A stretch of 46,108 nucleotides of DNA, from assembly GCA_964552455.1 (NCBI GenBank), contig CAZKHY010000001.1, positions 1 through 46,108 of the forward strand. Direction: 5' to 3'. The notes beneath the pieces were generated by a model. It saw nothing but the letters and a program-made list of their open reading frames with translations. It made no database searches and had not been told where the DNA came from. The first letter of the stretch is position 1. Every line of letters starts with the position of its first letter. This DNA is from an uncultured Nitrospira sp. (GTDB lineage Bacteria > Nitrospirota > Nitrospiria > Nitrospirales > Nitrospiraceae). Both the position numbers and the translations under genes were made by a program. Positions 26,220 to 36,760 of the stretch are shown here, one piece after another.

Positions 26220-26956
26220 TGATCGCCTGGCATTTCCTGACCGCCGTTCCGCTCAGCCGTCACCACCACGATCCTTCGGCGCGGGAACTGGCCCAGTCCA
26301 TGGGCTGGTATCCGCTGGTCGGCCTGGTCTTGGGCGGAGCGCTGGCCGTGAGCGATCTCCTGCTCGCGCAGGTCTTCTCGGATGCGGTGGTGAACGGGCT
26401 CCTCCTCGTGCTGCTGGTTGTCCTCACCAGGGGCTTGCACCAGGATGGCCTGGCCGATACGTTGGACGGGCTTGCCGGAGGGCGGAGCCCCGACGAGCGG
26501 CTCGCCATCATGCGTGACGGGCGGATCGGGGCGATCGGGGCCACCGGCCTGATCCTGGCCTTGGGGCTCCGGTACGTAGGACTCATGGAGTTGCCGGACG
26601 GGGCGCGGCTGCCGCTGCTTCTCTGCATGCCGGCGGTCGGCCGATGGGCGATGGTGGTGGGATCTGTTTCGGCTCCCTACGCAAGGGCGGGCGGGGGGCT
26701 GGCCCAGCCCTTTGTGCAGCACCTCTCGATGGTGCAGGTGTTGTGGGCGACCCTGCTGCTGGGCGGGGCGCTCCTCTGGGCCATGGGCCCGGCCGGGGCC
26801 TTGGGAAGCCTGGTTCTGCTGGCGGCCGTCGCACGTGCTTCGACCGCCTTCGCTCGCCGGTTCCTGGGGGGGATCACCGGCGATACGCTGGGCGCGACCA
26901 ACGAAGTGACCGAAGTCCTGTTTCTGCTGGCGGCTCCGGTATTGCTCGCGGCGTGA
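26129..26956 (+). CDS. cobS: Adenosylcobinamide-GDP ribazoletransferase (cobalamin synthase)
   Basis: Multi-TM protein containing FLT..P, HQDGLADT.DG and GDTLGA. GTG 26129 overlaps the cobT stop. GTG 26186 is an alternative start that would exclude most of the repeat element. Confidence 0.85.
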   Translation: MRGEKEVVKGEATGTETELVRPLACGSRSFLIAWHFLTAVPLSRHHHDPSARELAQSMGWYPLVGLVLGGALAVSDLLLAQVFSDAVVNGLLLVLLVVLTRGLHQDGLADTLDGLAGGRSPDERLAIMRDGRIGAIGATGLILALGLRYVGLMELPDGARLPLLLCMPAVGRWAMVVGSVSAPYARAGGGLAQPFVQHLSMVQVLWATLLLGGALLWAMGPAGALGSLVLLAAVARASTAFARRFLGGITGDTLGATNEVTEVLFLLAAPVLLAA

Positions 26957-27906
26957 TGACGGCCGGAGAAGTCATTATGGCCTGTCTGCTGGACGCCGTC
27001 GTGGGCGACCCTCGTTGGCTGCCCCATCCCGTGCGACTCATGGGCCGCCTGATCGCCTGGTGCGATGACCGGATCAGGCCCTTGTTGCCCAAGCCGGCCG
27101 GCCAGCGGGTCGCCGGTATCGCATTGGCGCTTGGGCTCCCGGCCTTGGTTTATCTCATCGGGTGGGAAACGATCGAGCTGGCCGGCCGATTCCATGGGGC
27201 CCTTGGCCGAGGGGTCGAAGTGGTCCTGGCCTTCACCGCGCTGGCGGCACGGGACCTGGTTGACCATGCCCGCTCGGTACTCCATGCCCTTGAGGCCGGG
27301 TCTCTTGAGGAAGCGCGGGAGGCCGTCTCGAAAATTGTCGGTCGGGATACGGCGGGCCTTTCCGAAGGAGAGGTCGCCAGGGCCACCGTTGAGACGATTG
27401 CCGAGAGCGCTTCGGACGGGGTGATTGCGCCGCTGTTCTACATGCTGATCGGAGGGGCGCCCTTGGCCTTGGCTTATAAGGCCGTCAACACGCTGGATTC
27501 CATGGTCGGCCATCGTGACGAGCGGCACCGGTATTTCGGGTGGGCGTCGGCGAAGCTTGACGACGGGGCCAACTGGGTCCCGGCGCGCCTGACGGCTTTC
27601 CTGTTTGTGCTGGGAGGCTGGTTGTTGTCCCGACGGGCCGGTACGGCCCGGCGTGCCTGGTCCGTCCTGCTGCGCGATGGGGAGAAGCATCCGAGCCCGA
27701 ACAGCGGCAGGCCGGAAGCGGCCATGGCCGGGGCCTTGGGGGTGCAACTGGGCGGCAGGAACTTCTATGAGGGAGTGCCGGAAGAACGGGCGTTGCTCGG
27801 CGATCCCGGTCCTGCGCTGGTGGCCTCCCACATTCGGTCGGCTCTCGCGTTGATGATCACGGCGTCCCTGCTCGCTGCCGGCCTTGCTTCGGCGCTCCTC
27901 CTGTGA
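26956..27906 (+). CDS. cbiB: Adenosylcobinamide-phosphate synthase
   Basis: Contains GDPRWLPHPVRLMG, a CobD/CbiB membrane-protein pattern and SPNSG. The ATG overlaps the cobS stop. Confidence 0.9.
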   Translation: MTAGEVIMACLLDAVVGDPRWLPHPVRLMGRLIAWCDDRIRPLLPKPAGQRVAGIALALGLPALVYLIGWETIELAGRFHGALGRGVEVVLAFTALAARDLVDHARSVLHALEAGSLEEAREAVSKIVGRDTAGLSEGEVARATVETIAESASDGVIAPLFYMLIGGAPLALAYKAVNTLDSMVGHRDERHRYFGWASAKLDDGANWVPARLTAFLFVLGGWLLSRRAGTARRAWSVLLRDGEKHPSPNSGRPEAAMAGALGVQLGGRNFYEGVPEERALLGDPGPALVASHIRSALALMITASLLAAGLASALLL

Positions 27907-29000
27907 CGGCCGGTGCCGTGCATGGCGGAAACGTCCATGCGGTGGCCCGCGAGCGCGGGCGCCGGCTGGATCGACTCGTTGATTTCAGCGCCAGCATCAA
28001 TCCGCTTGGCCCCTCTCCCGACGTTCTCCAAGCCATCAAGGCCGGACTCCCCCTGATCGTCCATTACCCGGATCCGGACTGCGTCACATTGCGGCAAGCC
28101 CTGGCGGACCGGTGGCGTCTTTCCCCCGATCGGTTCCTGATCGGGAACGGGTCCAGCGAATTGATCTATTACGTGCCCCGAGCCCTTTCGATTCGTCGGG
28201 CCCTGATCGTTGGACCGACGTTCTCGGAGTACGAGCGGGCGGTCGCGGCCGCCGGAGGGAGGGCCACCTATGTCCATGCGAAGCGGGGCGAGCAGTATCG
28301 TCCGCCTCTCGAGAAAGTGACCAGAGCGATTCAAGAGACTCGGAAGAAACCGGATGCGCTCTTTCTCTGCAACCCCAACAGCCCGACCGGCGCCGGTATC
28401 CAGACGGAACAGATCCTCCGGCTGGCCGGAGTCTGTTCCCGGCGGGGAATCTGGCTGATCATGGATGAGACCTTTGTCGAATATTGTGAAGCAGCCACGG
28501 TCCTGCCGCAGGTCGTGAGGCTTCCCCGGCTCTTGGTCCTGCGCAGCTTCACCAAGTTCTACGCGCTTCCCGGCCTTCGCATCGGCTATCTGGTCGGCTC
28601 TCCGGATGTCCTTGCGCACCTCAAGGCGCTGCTGCCCCCCTGGTCGGTCAACCATTTGGCCCAGACGGCGGCCTTGGCCGGGCTCAAGGACCGGGGGCAT
28701 GCCGCAAGAAGTCTGGCCTACATGGAGCGTGAGCGGCCTCGTCTGGCGAGGAGCCTGCAGACCCTTCCGGGTGTGACGGTTTTCTCCTCCTCCGCCAACT
28801 TCCTGCTGATCGAACTGCCTCCCGCATTGCCCGCCGCGGTCTGTGCCAAGGCGTTGCGTGAGCAGGATCTGTTGATCCGAGATTGTTCATCGGTGCCCGG
28901 TCTGAATCGCCGGGCGGTGCGCGTCGCGGTGCGGACCCCCGGCCAGAACCGCCGCCTGGTGACCGTACTCCGTCATGTGCTGGGGAGGTGCCAGCGGTGA
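27903..29000 (+). CDS. cobD: L-threonine-O-3-phosphate decarboxylase (aminotransferase class I/II fold)
   Basis: Contains the N-terminal HGGN motif, DFS.SINPLGP and SFTKFYALPGLRIGY (PLP lysine region). Confidence 0.8.
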   Translation: MTAGAVHGGNVHAVARERGRRLDRLVDFSASINPLGPSPDVLQAIKAGLPLIVHYPDPDCVTLRQALADRWRLSPDRFLIGNGSSELIYYVPRALSIRRALIVGPTFSEYERAVAAAGGRATYVHAKRGEQYRPPLEKVTRAIQETRKKPDALFLCNPNSPTGAGIQTEQILRLAGVCSRRGIWLIMDETFVEYCEAATVLPQVVRLPRLLVLRSFTKFYALPGLRIGYLVGSPDVLAHLKALLPPWSVNHLAQTAALAGLKDRGHAARSLAYMERERPRLARSLQTLPGVTVFSSSANFLLIELPPALPAAVCAKALREQDLLIRDCSSVPGLNRRAVRVAVRTPGQNRRLVTVLRHVLGRCQR

Positions 29001-29719
29001 GCCGGTCCTCGGCGTCCTTTAAGACCGGGTTCCGTCTGAATGACCGGACCCTGATGATTGATTTGGGGAGGTCCAGAAGAGTGCTGTCCTCAGCCCCGCG
29101 GGGAGGAGGGTTCGTGCGGGCCCGGTACCTGCTGAATCATCAAGTGCCGGCTCATCCAATCTCAAGTCATTCGTCCAACCGCCGATGGAGTGATCCGGCC
29201 CGTTACCTCGGCCGTGTGGCCTCAAGCCTCGGAGCCGACCGTCGCGTCGTCGCCCTCATGACCGCGGTCCCGCTGAAGCAACTGGTGGTCTTGCGTGAGG
29301 AAACGGCCGGCCTGTGGGTCGAAGGGTTCTTTACGGTCGGCGTGACGAATGCGGTGCGGGCGGGAGAGCTGGTCGGTCTTGTTCAAGACGAGCAACGCAG
29401 ACGTGCTCCCGGTACCATTAACATTATCCTGGTCACCAATGCCTACTTGGCGGCCCCGGCCATGGTGGGGGTGGTCCAAGTGGCGACGGAAAGCAAAACG
29501 GCTTCGTTGCTGGAGGCAGGGGTGCCGAGCTGGACCGGTGCACCGGGCGCGACCGGCACCGGCACCGATGCCCTCGTGGTCGCCAGCGGCACGCGTGGAA
29601 ACGGGCCGACGCTTCGCTACAGCGGGACCCATACCAAGATCGGTGAACTGGTCGGAAGGCTCGTCAGTCGCGGCGTCGAACAAGGCCTTGCCAAATCGTT
29701 GCGTTGGTCCAAGCGATAA
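28997..29719 (+). CDS. cbiZ: Adenosylcobinamide amidohydrolase
   Basis: Shows a CbiZ-like pattern (VSSAPRGGG, MTAV, GTINIILVTN, ATGTGTDALVVA). GTG 28997 overlaps the cobD stop. Confidence 0.7.
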   Translation: MSRSSASFKTGFRLNDRTLMIDLGRSRRVLSSAPRGGGFVRARYLLNHQVPAHPISSHSSNRRWSDPARYLGRVASSLGADRRVVALMTAVPLKQLVVLREETAGLWVEGFFTVGVTNAVRAGELVGLVQDEQRRRAPGTINIILVTNAYLAAPAMVGVVQVATESKTASLLEAGVPSWTGAPGATGTGTDALVVASGTRGNGPTLRYSGTHTKIGELVGRLVSRGVEQGLAKSLRWSKR

Positions 29720-29770
29720 AAGCCTGTTCCCTCAGCCAACTGCCCTTGCCCGCTGGCTCTCAGAGCCCCA

Positions 29771-29854
29771 CGCTGAACGCGGAATAATGAATGCCGGACG
29801 GTCTGGTTCGGCACTCTGTCGGTCGTCGTTCCGCGTTCCTCATTCATGCTTGCT
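29771..29854. repeat. Heptamer-array element related to family A
   Basis: Left arm is cgctgaa cgcggaa taatgaa tgccgga; right arm is cgttccg cgttcct cattcat gcttgct. Confidence 0.7.
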
Positions 29855-30164
29855 TCGTGCCGGGTGCGCGCATTTCGATGATTGATCAAGGCGTTCCGCC
29901 GTCGGTTCCGCTTCTGTCTTCTCCGCACAATTTTCGTCACCAAGAGTCCAAAACCGAACGGTTCTCAGGGGCTTTTATTTTTCGGCTCCCTCCGGCCTGC
30001 CTCTTAAACCGCTGACTTTTCTGCGATCTGTGGCTTGTTCCGGCGGGAGCCGCAAAATGACCGGTGCGGCACAGAATCTGCTCGTCTCGTTCGACGGGGG
30101 AGGAGACGGCCGGTCATTATCTCTGATGACTTGATGGAGGATGAGACAGGGCAGGGAGGATGCC

Positions 30165-30899
30165 ATGCGATTCAAGGTTTCTACCGGGGCATTGGGAATG
30201 AGCTTCGTTGCGTGCTTGTCGCTCTTCGCGGCTCCGGCGTCGGCAGCCAACGAGATCGAGACCGCCGAGCTCTTGACCAAGTTGATGCAGGTGGGCCGCA
30301 GCGTGGTGAACGAGCATCAGGATCTGATCAACGATGCCGGCAAGGGGAATAAGGGATTCACTCCGGAGTACCTGGCCGAGCGGGTGATCCGGCAGTACAA
30401 AGAAAAGACCAATATCGATTTGAACAAGCCGTCCGCCACGCAACAATCGGGTCTGCTGCTCACGCTTCTGGAATCGGGCAAGGAGGTGGTGGCGGAGGTT
30501 CAGCCGATTATCAACAAACAGGGGATCGCCTTCAAGGGGTTCATCCCCGCCTTGTGGGGAAGAAGGACGGCGGAAAAGTTCACCAAAAAGACCGGTATCC
30601 GGTTGAAGCTCACCGCCCTGGATTACCGTTTCCCCGGAAACAAGCCGGATGACTTTGAAGCTGAAGCTTTGCGGGTCTTGTCAGACCCGGCCTATCCCAA
30701 GGGAAAGGGTTACAGCAAGCTGACCATGATGGAGGGGAGGCAGGTCTTCCGTCTCATGACGCCGGAATATGCAAGCGCCAGGTGCCTGATCTGTCATGGC
30801 GAGCCGAAAGGGGAACGGGACATCACCGGCATGAAAAAAGAAGGGCTGAAGGAAGGGGACCTCGCCGGAGCCATCAGCCTGGCGATCCCGGTGCGGTAG
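30165..30899 (+). CDS. Periplasmic c-type haem DUF3365 (Tll0287-like) sensor-type protein
   Basis: Has a signal peptide (MRFKVSTGALGMSFVACLSLFAAPASA) and a single CxxCH near the C-terminus (CLICHG). Length and pattern fit DUF3365. The RBS GGGAGGA lies 4 nt upstream. Confidence 0.7.
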   Translation: MRFKVSTGALGMSFVACLSLFAAPASAANEIETAELLTKLMQVGRSVVNEHQDLINDAGKGNKGFTPEYLAERVIRQYKEKTNIDLNKPSATQQSGLLLTLLESGKEVVAEVQPIINKQGIAFKGFIPALWGRRTAEKFTKKTGIRLKLTALDYRFPGNKPDDFEAEALRVLSDPAYPKGKGYSKLTMMEGRQVFRLMTPEYASARCLICHGEPKGERDITGMKKEGLKEGDLAGAISLAIPVR

Positions 30900-30961
30900 G
30901 GGCCGGGGGGACGGTCCTCTGCGGTTGATGTTGTCAGGGCAGCGAAGGAGGCGAAGGGACG

Positions 30962-31324
30962 ATGAGCAAGATCCTGGTCGTGGATGATTCGAACGCGGAA
31001 CTGCAACTGATCGAAAGCTATTTGCGATCGGCCAATCATACGGTGGTGTCCTGCCCCACGGCCGACAAGCTGGAGGAGCGGTTGGCCATGGACCGGCCGG
31101 ACCTCATCGTGCTCGACGTGATCATGCCCGGGCGAAACGGATTCCAGGCCTGCCGGGATCTGAAGAACGATGAACGGTTCAAGACGATCCCGGTCGTGCT
31201 CTGTACGTCGAAGGGACAGGAAAGCGACAAGTTCTGGGGACAGCAGCAGGGGGCCAACGGGTACGTGGTCAAGCCGTTCAAAAAGGAAGAACTCTTGTCG
31301 GCGGTGAAAAAGGCGCTTGGCTGA
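30962..31324 (+). CDS. Single-domain response regulator (CheY/PilH-like)
   Basis: Contains ILVVDDS, the phospho-acceptor DLIVLDVIMP and YVVKPF. It is 120 aa. Confidence 0.9.
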   Translation: MSKILVVDDSNAELQLIESYLRSANHTVVSCPTADKLEERLAMDRPDLIVLDVIMPGRNGFQACRDLKNDERFKTIPVVLCTSKGQESDKFWGQQQGANGYVVKPFKKEELLSAVKKALG

Positions 31325-31364
31325 CGCGGTCCGCGACCGTGCGCCCGCCACCGTGGTGACGAAC

Positions 31365-31859
31365 ATGGACCGACCTGGCGCTGCCACCCCGCCGTTCGAG
31401 GATGCCGGTCAACCAGCGCGAGCCGAGGCTCCGTTGCGGATCTGCCTCCTCAGCCTGGCCGGAGAATGCTTTGCCGTCGATCTGCGGAACGTGCGGGAAG
31501 TGTTCGAAGTGGACGGGGTCACGCCGGTTCCCGGCATGCCGGCCGTTCTGACCGGGGTGGTGAACCTGAGGGGCATGGTGATTCCGTTGGTGGATCTGCG
31601 CGCGATGCTCGGGCTTCCCGTCGTCGGTTCACCTCTGCCCTTTGCGGTCGTGATCCAGCACGGACCGCAGCAAGTGGCGGTGCTGGTTGACCAGGTGCCG
31701 GAGATCCGGACGGTGCTGAAGGACGATGTGCTGCCGGCTCCGTCGCAGGATCGCCGCGGGGTGATCCCCTTTGTCACCGCCATCGTGCGGATGGGCGACC
31801 GCATCGGCGGGGTGGTCGAAGTCCCGATGTTGCTGACCTACGTGGAGACCGGGCGGTGA
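31365..31859 (+). CDS. CheW-like coupling protein (PilI-like)
   Basis: Contains FAVDL..V.EV, P.....GVVNLRG.V.PLVDLR and VDQV.E. Confidence 0.8.
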   Translation: MDRPGAATPPFEDAGQPARAEAPLRICLLSLAGECFAVDLRNVREVFEVDGVTPVPGMPAVLTGVVNLRGMVIPLVDLRAMLGLPVVGSPLPFAVVIQHGPQQVAVLVDQVPEIRTVLKDDVLPAPSQDRRGVIPFVTAIVRMGDRIGGVVEVPMLLTYVETGR

Positions 31860-31933
31860 ACTGAACGGCGAGCCCAGCGATCGTGCCGTCGGCCTGTCGG
31901 TCCGCCTGCGCGCAGCGCCTAAGGAGGGGAAGC

Positions 31934-33805
31934 ATGGAGAAGCGGGGGTTCCAAACCTGGTTTAAAGATCTGAAGACGGGGAAAAAGCTGATGCTCGGCT
32001 TCACCGCCGTGGGGGTGATCATCGTCGCGGTGGGGATCGTCGGGTTGCTGGGCCTCCAACAGCTTCGCTCGCAGCTCCAGATCGTGTACGAAAATTCGAC
32101 GATCGCCTTGGGCAACCTGGGGACCGTGAGCAGCAACCTGGGGCTGTATCACGATGCGGTGCTGACGGCCGGGCGGCAGATCCGGAAGGCCGAATTCGAG
32201 GACGCGATCAAACCCCTGCCCGGACTCAAGAGCCGGGTTCTCAAGCCGCTGGAGACCTATGCCGTCGGACAGATGCACGTCTCCACGAGCGGCCGCGACG
32301 AAGCCAAGGATTACCAGGCCCTCCGAGCCGCCCTGGATGCGTATTTTGCGGCGGCTGAAGGGGCGATCAGCGCCTTCGAGGACAGTTTCTCGCCAGCGAT
32401 AACGTCGGAACAGCGTGGGATGATGAGGGATCTTGGGACCCTGGCCCTGTCGGTTGACGTGTCCACCAAATACAGCGCCGCGACCGCGCGGGTCCGGGAA
32501 CTCCTGGCCACGGTGCAGGATGTGGCCAAGGATCTGAACGAGACCGGGCAGGCTGTGGCCGCGGGTCGGACGCGCGTGGTGATCGTGGGGGCGCTGGTGG
32601 CGATTGTCCTGGGGCTGGGCATCGGGTCGCTGTTGGCCCGCTTCTTTTCGCAAGGCGTCACCCACATCGCCCAAGTGGCCAGACAGGCGGCTTCCGGCAA
32701 CCTCAAGGCGCGGGCATCGCTGAACAGCAGGGATGAGCTGGGCCAGATGGCCGTCGCCTTCAACACGATGCTCGACCGGATCACGAAGCTGGTCCAGACG
32801 GAGGAAGAACGGAACCAGTTGCAGCGGCGCCTCATCGAGTTCCTGGCCTTGGTGGCCGAAGTGAGCAAGGGCGACTTGACGAAGCGGGGTCAGGTGACAG
32901 CGGACATGTTCGGCAACCTGGCCGATGCGTTCAACCTCATGCTGGACCGTTTCGGTCAGTTGATGCATCAGGTGCGGGACGCGGCCGGGCACGTCAACGG
33001 ATCGGCCGGCGCCTTGCGCGAGACCGCTTCGCAAATGGCCGGTACGGCCGAGCGCCAGACCGAGGAATCGGCGCGCACCCTGGCCGCCGTCGAAGGCCTG
33101 ACGCAGTCCATGCGCCAGGTTGCCGAAACGGCCGGGGCTTCTTCGGACAGCGCCAAACAAGCGCTGACCGCGACGGAGCGAGGCCGCATCGCCGTCCAGG
33201 AAACCGTCCAGGACATGCAAAGCATCCGGGGCGCGGTGCAGCGCATGTCCAAACAGGTGAAAGGGCTGGGCGACCGCTCGCTCGAGATCTCCCAGATCGT
33301 GTCCACGATCCGCGACATTGCCGCGCAGACGAACTTGTTGGCCTTGAACGCCGCCATCGAAGCGGCGGGAGCCGGCGAAGCCGGGGCTCGCTTTGCGGTG
33401 GTGGCCGACCAGGTGCGCAAGCTCGCCGAGGGCTCGACGCAGGCCGCGCGCGAGATCGCCGATCTGGTCAAGGTCATTCAGACCGAGACCCAGGACGCGG
33501 TCGTGGCCATGGAGCATGAGACCCAAGCCGTGGAGGCCGGGTCGGCGTCGGCGCTGCGAACCGGCGACGTGTTCCAGGAGATTTCACACATCGCGCAACG
33601 ATCCGCGGATCTCGCGCAGAGCATCGCGCAGTCATCCTCGCAGCAGGCCGCTGCCACGGAAACGGTCGCCCGGGTTATCCAAGAGATCACCGGCGGGGCG
33701 GTTTCGACCCAGAAGGCGGCCGAGAAGACGCGCCTGACGGTCGAGGAGGTGGCGAAGCTGGCGGAGGGCTTGACGGGCGCGGTCGGCCAATTCAAGCTGG
33801 CCTAG
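31934..33805 (+). CDS. Methyl-accepting chemotaxis protein (4HB sensor, HAMP, MA domain; PilJ-like)
   Basis: Has two TM helices, HAMP and the signalling hairpin [38 protein letters not shown]. The RBS AAGGAGGGG precedes ATG 31934. Confidence 0.9.
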   Translation: MEKRGFQTWFKDLKTGKKLMLGFTAVGVIIVAVGIVGLLGLQQLRSQLQIVYENSTIALGNLGTVSSNLGLYHDAVLTAGRQIRKAEFEDAIKPLPGLKSRVLKPLETYAVGQMHVSTSGRDEAKDYQALRAALDAYFAAAEGAISAFEDSFSPAITSEQRGMMRDLGTLALSVDVSTKYSAATARVRELLATVQDVAKDLNETGQAVAAGRTRVVIVGALVAIVLGLGIGSLLARFFSQGVTHIAQVARQAASGNLKARASLNSRDELGQMAVAFNTMLDRITKLVQTEEERNQLQRRLIEFLALVAEVSKGDLTKRGQVTADMFGNLADAFNLMLDRFGQLMHQVRDAAGHVNGSAGALRETASQMAGTAERQTEESARTLAAVEGLTQSMRQVAETAGASSDSAKQALTATERGRIAVQETVQDMQSIRGAVQRMSKQVKGLGDRSLEISQIVSTIRDIAAQTNLLALNAAIEAAGAGEAGARFAVVADQVRKLAEGSTQAAREIADLVKVIQTETQDAVVAMEHETQAVEAGSASALRTGDVFQEISHIAQRSADLAQSIAQSSSQQAAATETVARVIQEITGGAVSTQKAAEKTRLTVEEVAKLAEGLTGAVGQFKLA

Positions 33806-33832
33806 CCGGAGCGAGTCCATGACCTGGGAATC

Positions 33833-36697
33833 ATGATGGACGCTGACGCCAACCGGGAGCCACTGATCGGCGTCTTTGTCGCCGAGGCCTCCGAAGGCCT
33901 GACCAGGCTGGACCGGGTGTTGCGTCCGGCAGACGGGACCGTTCCTGCCCCGCATTCGCTGCAGCCCCACTACATCATCGCGCACACCTTGAGAGGAGCG
34001 GCCTCCCTATATGGGTTCCCCGGCGTCGCCGGGCTGGCGGAGATCCTCGAAACGACGCTCGAAGGATCAAGCGCGGTGTTGCCGGAGGATTGGCCCGGCA
34101 CGGCGGCCCTGCTGCAAGAGTTGGTGGCGCTGCTTCGTGCACAGCTTGACCGCATCGAGCGCGGGGAAGCGGAGGACCAGACCGCTTGTGAACGGTGGAA
34201 AGCCCGCCATCGGCAGGCCGTGCTTCGAACCGGAGAGGGTGATCCGGACCGCTCACCGGCCGAGCCGTTTCCGGACCGGTACCTTCTGCCGGACCTGGAC
34301 CCGGAAGTCTTCTCCTACTTCTCGCCCGAAGCCCAGGAATATCTGGAGGCCATGGAAGGAGCTTTGCTCCGGTTGGACAAGGACCCCGCCGATGCGGACA
34401 CCATCCAGCGTCTCTTCCGGACGGCCCATACGCTGAAAGGGTCGGCCTATACGGTCGGATTTGCCGCGATTGGGGACCTGACCCATCACATCGAAGATTT
34501 CATGGGCGCGATCCGTGAAGGCCGGATGCAGATGACCCCGGGATTGGCGGACCTTATTTTCCGCGCCGTGGACGTCATCAGGCTCCTGCTGAAGCGGGAC
34601 TCACGCAGTCTGCCGCAGACCAGACGGGAATTTGCAACGGCGATGGAACGGCTCGCGCAGGCAGCGCAGCCGCAGATCGCCACGGCCTTGGACGGTCCTG
34701 CGGCTGTCCGGCAGCCGACGTCGGTGGAGCCGGCGGAAATACAACGGTCCGCACCTCCCGATCGGCCGGGGGCGGAGCCGGCCGGCAAGGCCGGATCCAA
34801 GGAAGCCGGCGAAGGTGCGGTCATCCGGGTCAGCCGGGAGCGTCTGGAACGGCTGTTGAACCTCGTCGGCGAGCTGGTCATCAGCCGCGGCAGGCTGGAG
34901 CAGCGGCTGATGGCCCTGGAGCAGCTCTCGGGGCAGGTCCTGGCCTACAAGCACCGGATGCTTGAGTCCGTGCGCACGTTTCAAGACAAGCACGCCTTTA
35001 CCTTGTCCGACCCGCCGCCCGGCACGGATGAGCCGGGCGGGTCCTGGATGCAGGTCCTGAGCGACTTCGGCGATCTCGAGTTCGACAAGTACGACGACTT
35101 CAACATTCTGGCCCGGCGCATGACCGAGGTCTCGGCCGACGTCGGCGAGTCCATGGCGCAGCTCAACGCCTCGATTCGCAAGGCCCGCGAGGACATGGGG
35201 CATCTCCAGCGGCTCACGCGCGCCATGCGCGATGAAATCGCCCGGGCCCGCATGGTGCCGATCGGAACGCCGTTCACCCGCTTCCGACGGGCGGTTCGTG
35301 AGATGGCGCGGGTGACCGGCAAGGATGTCACGCTGGTCACCTCGGGCGAGCAGACCAAAGTGGATACAGGAGTCGTCGAGCGGCTCGTGGACCCCCTGGT
35401 GCACCTCGTGCGGAACGCCGTCTATCACGGCGTTGAAGCGCCAGCCCTCCGGGTCGCACGCGGCAAGCCCGCGACAGGGACCGTCTATTTGCACGCGGCC
35501 CACCGGGGCAACGCGATCGTGATCGAGGTCGAGGACGACGGGGGCGGGCTGGACCTCGAACGAATCAAGGCGAAGGCGGTTTCGTTGGGTGTGCTGCGCC
35601 CTGAACTGGCTCCCGGCTTGTCCGATTCCGACGCGATCAAGCTGGTGTTCCTCCCTGGTTTCTCCACGGCGGAGGGAGTCGGCGATCAGGCCGGGCGCGG
35701 CGTGGGCCTGGACGTCGTCAAGCGGGCCATCGAGGCCATGAACGGCCGCATTGACGTTGAAACCGAGCCGGGCGTGGGCACGAAATTCACCCTGAGCCTT
35801 CCGCTCACGCTGCTCATCTCCACGGCGCTGCTGGTGCGGGTCGGGAACCAGCGCTACGCCGTGCCGCTGCCCGGCATCCGGGAAGTGGTCTTGCCGGCGT
35901 CGGGCGACATCCGGACGATCGGCGGCCGCACGGTCTTGCAGGTCGGCGACGAGGCCATCGAGGTGCTGGCGCTTGCGCAAGTCCTGGGTCTGGAATCACC
36001 GGCCCCGTCCGGCCCCACGCCGGTCGTCATTGTCCGGACCATGACCGGGGCGCTGGGGATCGCCGTGGACGAGCTCTTCGGCCGCCAGGAGATCGTCATC
36101 AAGACCCTCGGGACGCTCAAGCCGTTTCGGGAATCGTGCTTCGGGGGAGCCACGATCGACCCGGAAGGCCACGTGGTGTTGGTGCTGGATGTCGGTCGAC
36201 TGGCCACCTGGCGGAAGGCTTTGGGAGCGGAGGTTCCGGAAGAGGGCCTGGTGTCGCTGCCGGCGGAGGGCGGGGATCGGCCGGACGCGGTCCCCCCGGA
36301 CCTCCCGCCGCCGGTTTCGCGGATCCTGCTGGTGGACGATTCGCTGAGCGTCCGCAAGTTCGTCGGACGCATGCTGGAAGGGGCCGGCTACGTCGTGGAC
36401 ACGGCCGTGGACGGCGAAGAGGGGCTGAGAAAAGCTTCGGCGGTGGCCTACAGGCTGATCATCACGGACCTGGAAATGCCGAAGCTGAACGGCTACGAGG
36501 TGATCCAGGCGCTCCGGGTCAGGCCGCATACACAGTCAACGCCGATCCTCGTCATGACCACGCGGGCCGGGGAGAAGCATCGGCAGACGGCCTTGGGCAT
36601 GGGCGCGACCGCATACATTACCAAGCCGGTGGAGGAGCGTGCCTTGATCCTTGAAGTGGAGCGCCGGATCGGGACTGCGACCGCGATGAAAATCTAG
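33833..36697 (+). CDS. Hybrid CheA-type histidine kinase (2 Hpt, dimerisation, HATPase, CheW and REC domains; ChpA/PilL-like)
   Basis: Hpt motifs are AHTLRGAASLYG and AHTLKGSAYTVG. It also has the N box HLVRNAVYHGVE, G1 DDGGGLD, G2 GRGVGLDVV and a C-terminal receiver (ILLVDDS...LIITDLEMP...YITKP). Confidence 0.9.
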   Translation: MMDADANREPLIGVFVAEASEGLTRLDRVLRPADGTVPAPHSLQPHYIIAHTLRGAASLYGFPGVAGLAEILETTLEGSSAVLPEDWPGTAALLQELVALLRAQLDRIERGEAEDQTACERWKARHRQAVLRTGEGDPDRSPAEPFPDRYLLPDLDPEVFSYFSPEAQEYLEAMEGALLRLDKDPADADTIQRLFRTAHTLKGSAYTVGFAAIGDLTHHIEDFMGAIREGRMQMTPGLADLIFRAVDVIRLLLKRDSRSLPQTRREFATAMERLAQAAQPQIATALDGPAAVRQPTSVEPAEIQRSAPPDRPGAEPAGKAGSKEAGEGAVIRVSRERLERLLNLVGELVISRGRLEQRLMALEQLSGQVLAYKHRMLESVRTFQDKHAFTLSDPPPGTDEPGGSWMQVLSDFGDLEFDKYDDFNILARRMTEVSADVGESMAQLNASIRKAREDMGHLQRLTRAMRDEIARARMVPIGTPFTRFRRAVREMARVTGKDVTLVTSGEQTKVDTGVVERLVDPLVHLVRNAVYHGVEAPALRVARGKPATGTVYLHAAHRGNAIVIEVEDDGGGLDLERIKAKAVSLGVLRPELAPGLSDSDAIKLVFLPGFSTAEGVGDQAGRGVGLDVVKRAIEAMNGRIDVETEPGVGTKFTLSLPLTLLISTALLVRVGNQRYAVPLPGIREVVLPASGDIRTIGGRTVLQVGDEAIEVLALAQVLGLESPAPSGPTPVVIVRTMTGALGIAVDELFGRQEIVIKTLGTLKPFRESCFGGATIDPEGHVVLVLDVGRLATWRKALGAEVPEEGLVSLPAEGGDRPDAVPPDLPPPVSRILLVDDSLSVRKFVGRMLEGAGYVVDTAVDGEEGLRKASAVAYRLIITDLEMPKLNGYEVIQALRVRPHTQSTPILVMTTRAGEKHRQTALGMGATAYITKPVEERALILEVERRIGTATAMKI

Positions 36698-36760
36698 CCA
36701 CACGGTCCCCTGGAGTGTCGGGTTGCTCCGGGGAGGCGACATCCGTCAAGGGGCGACGAA

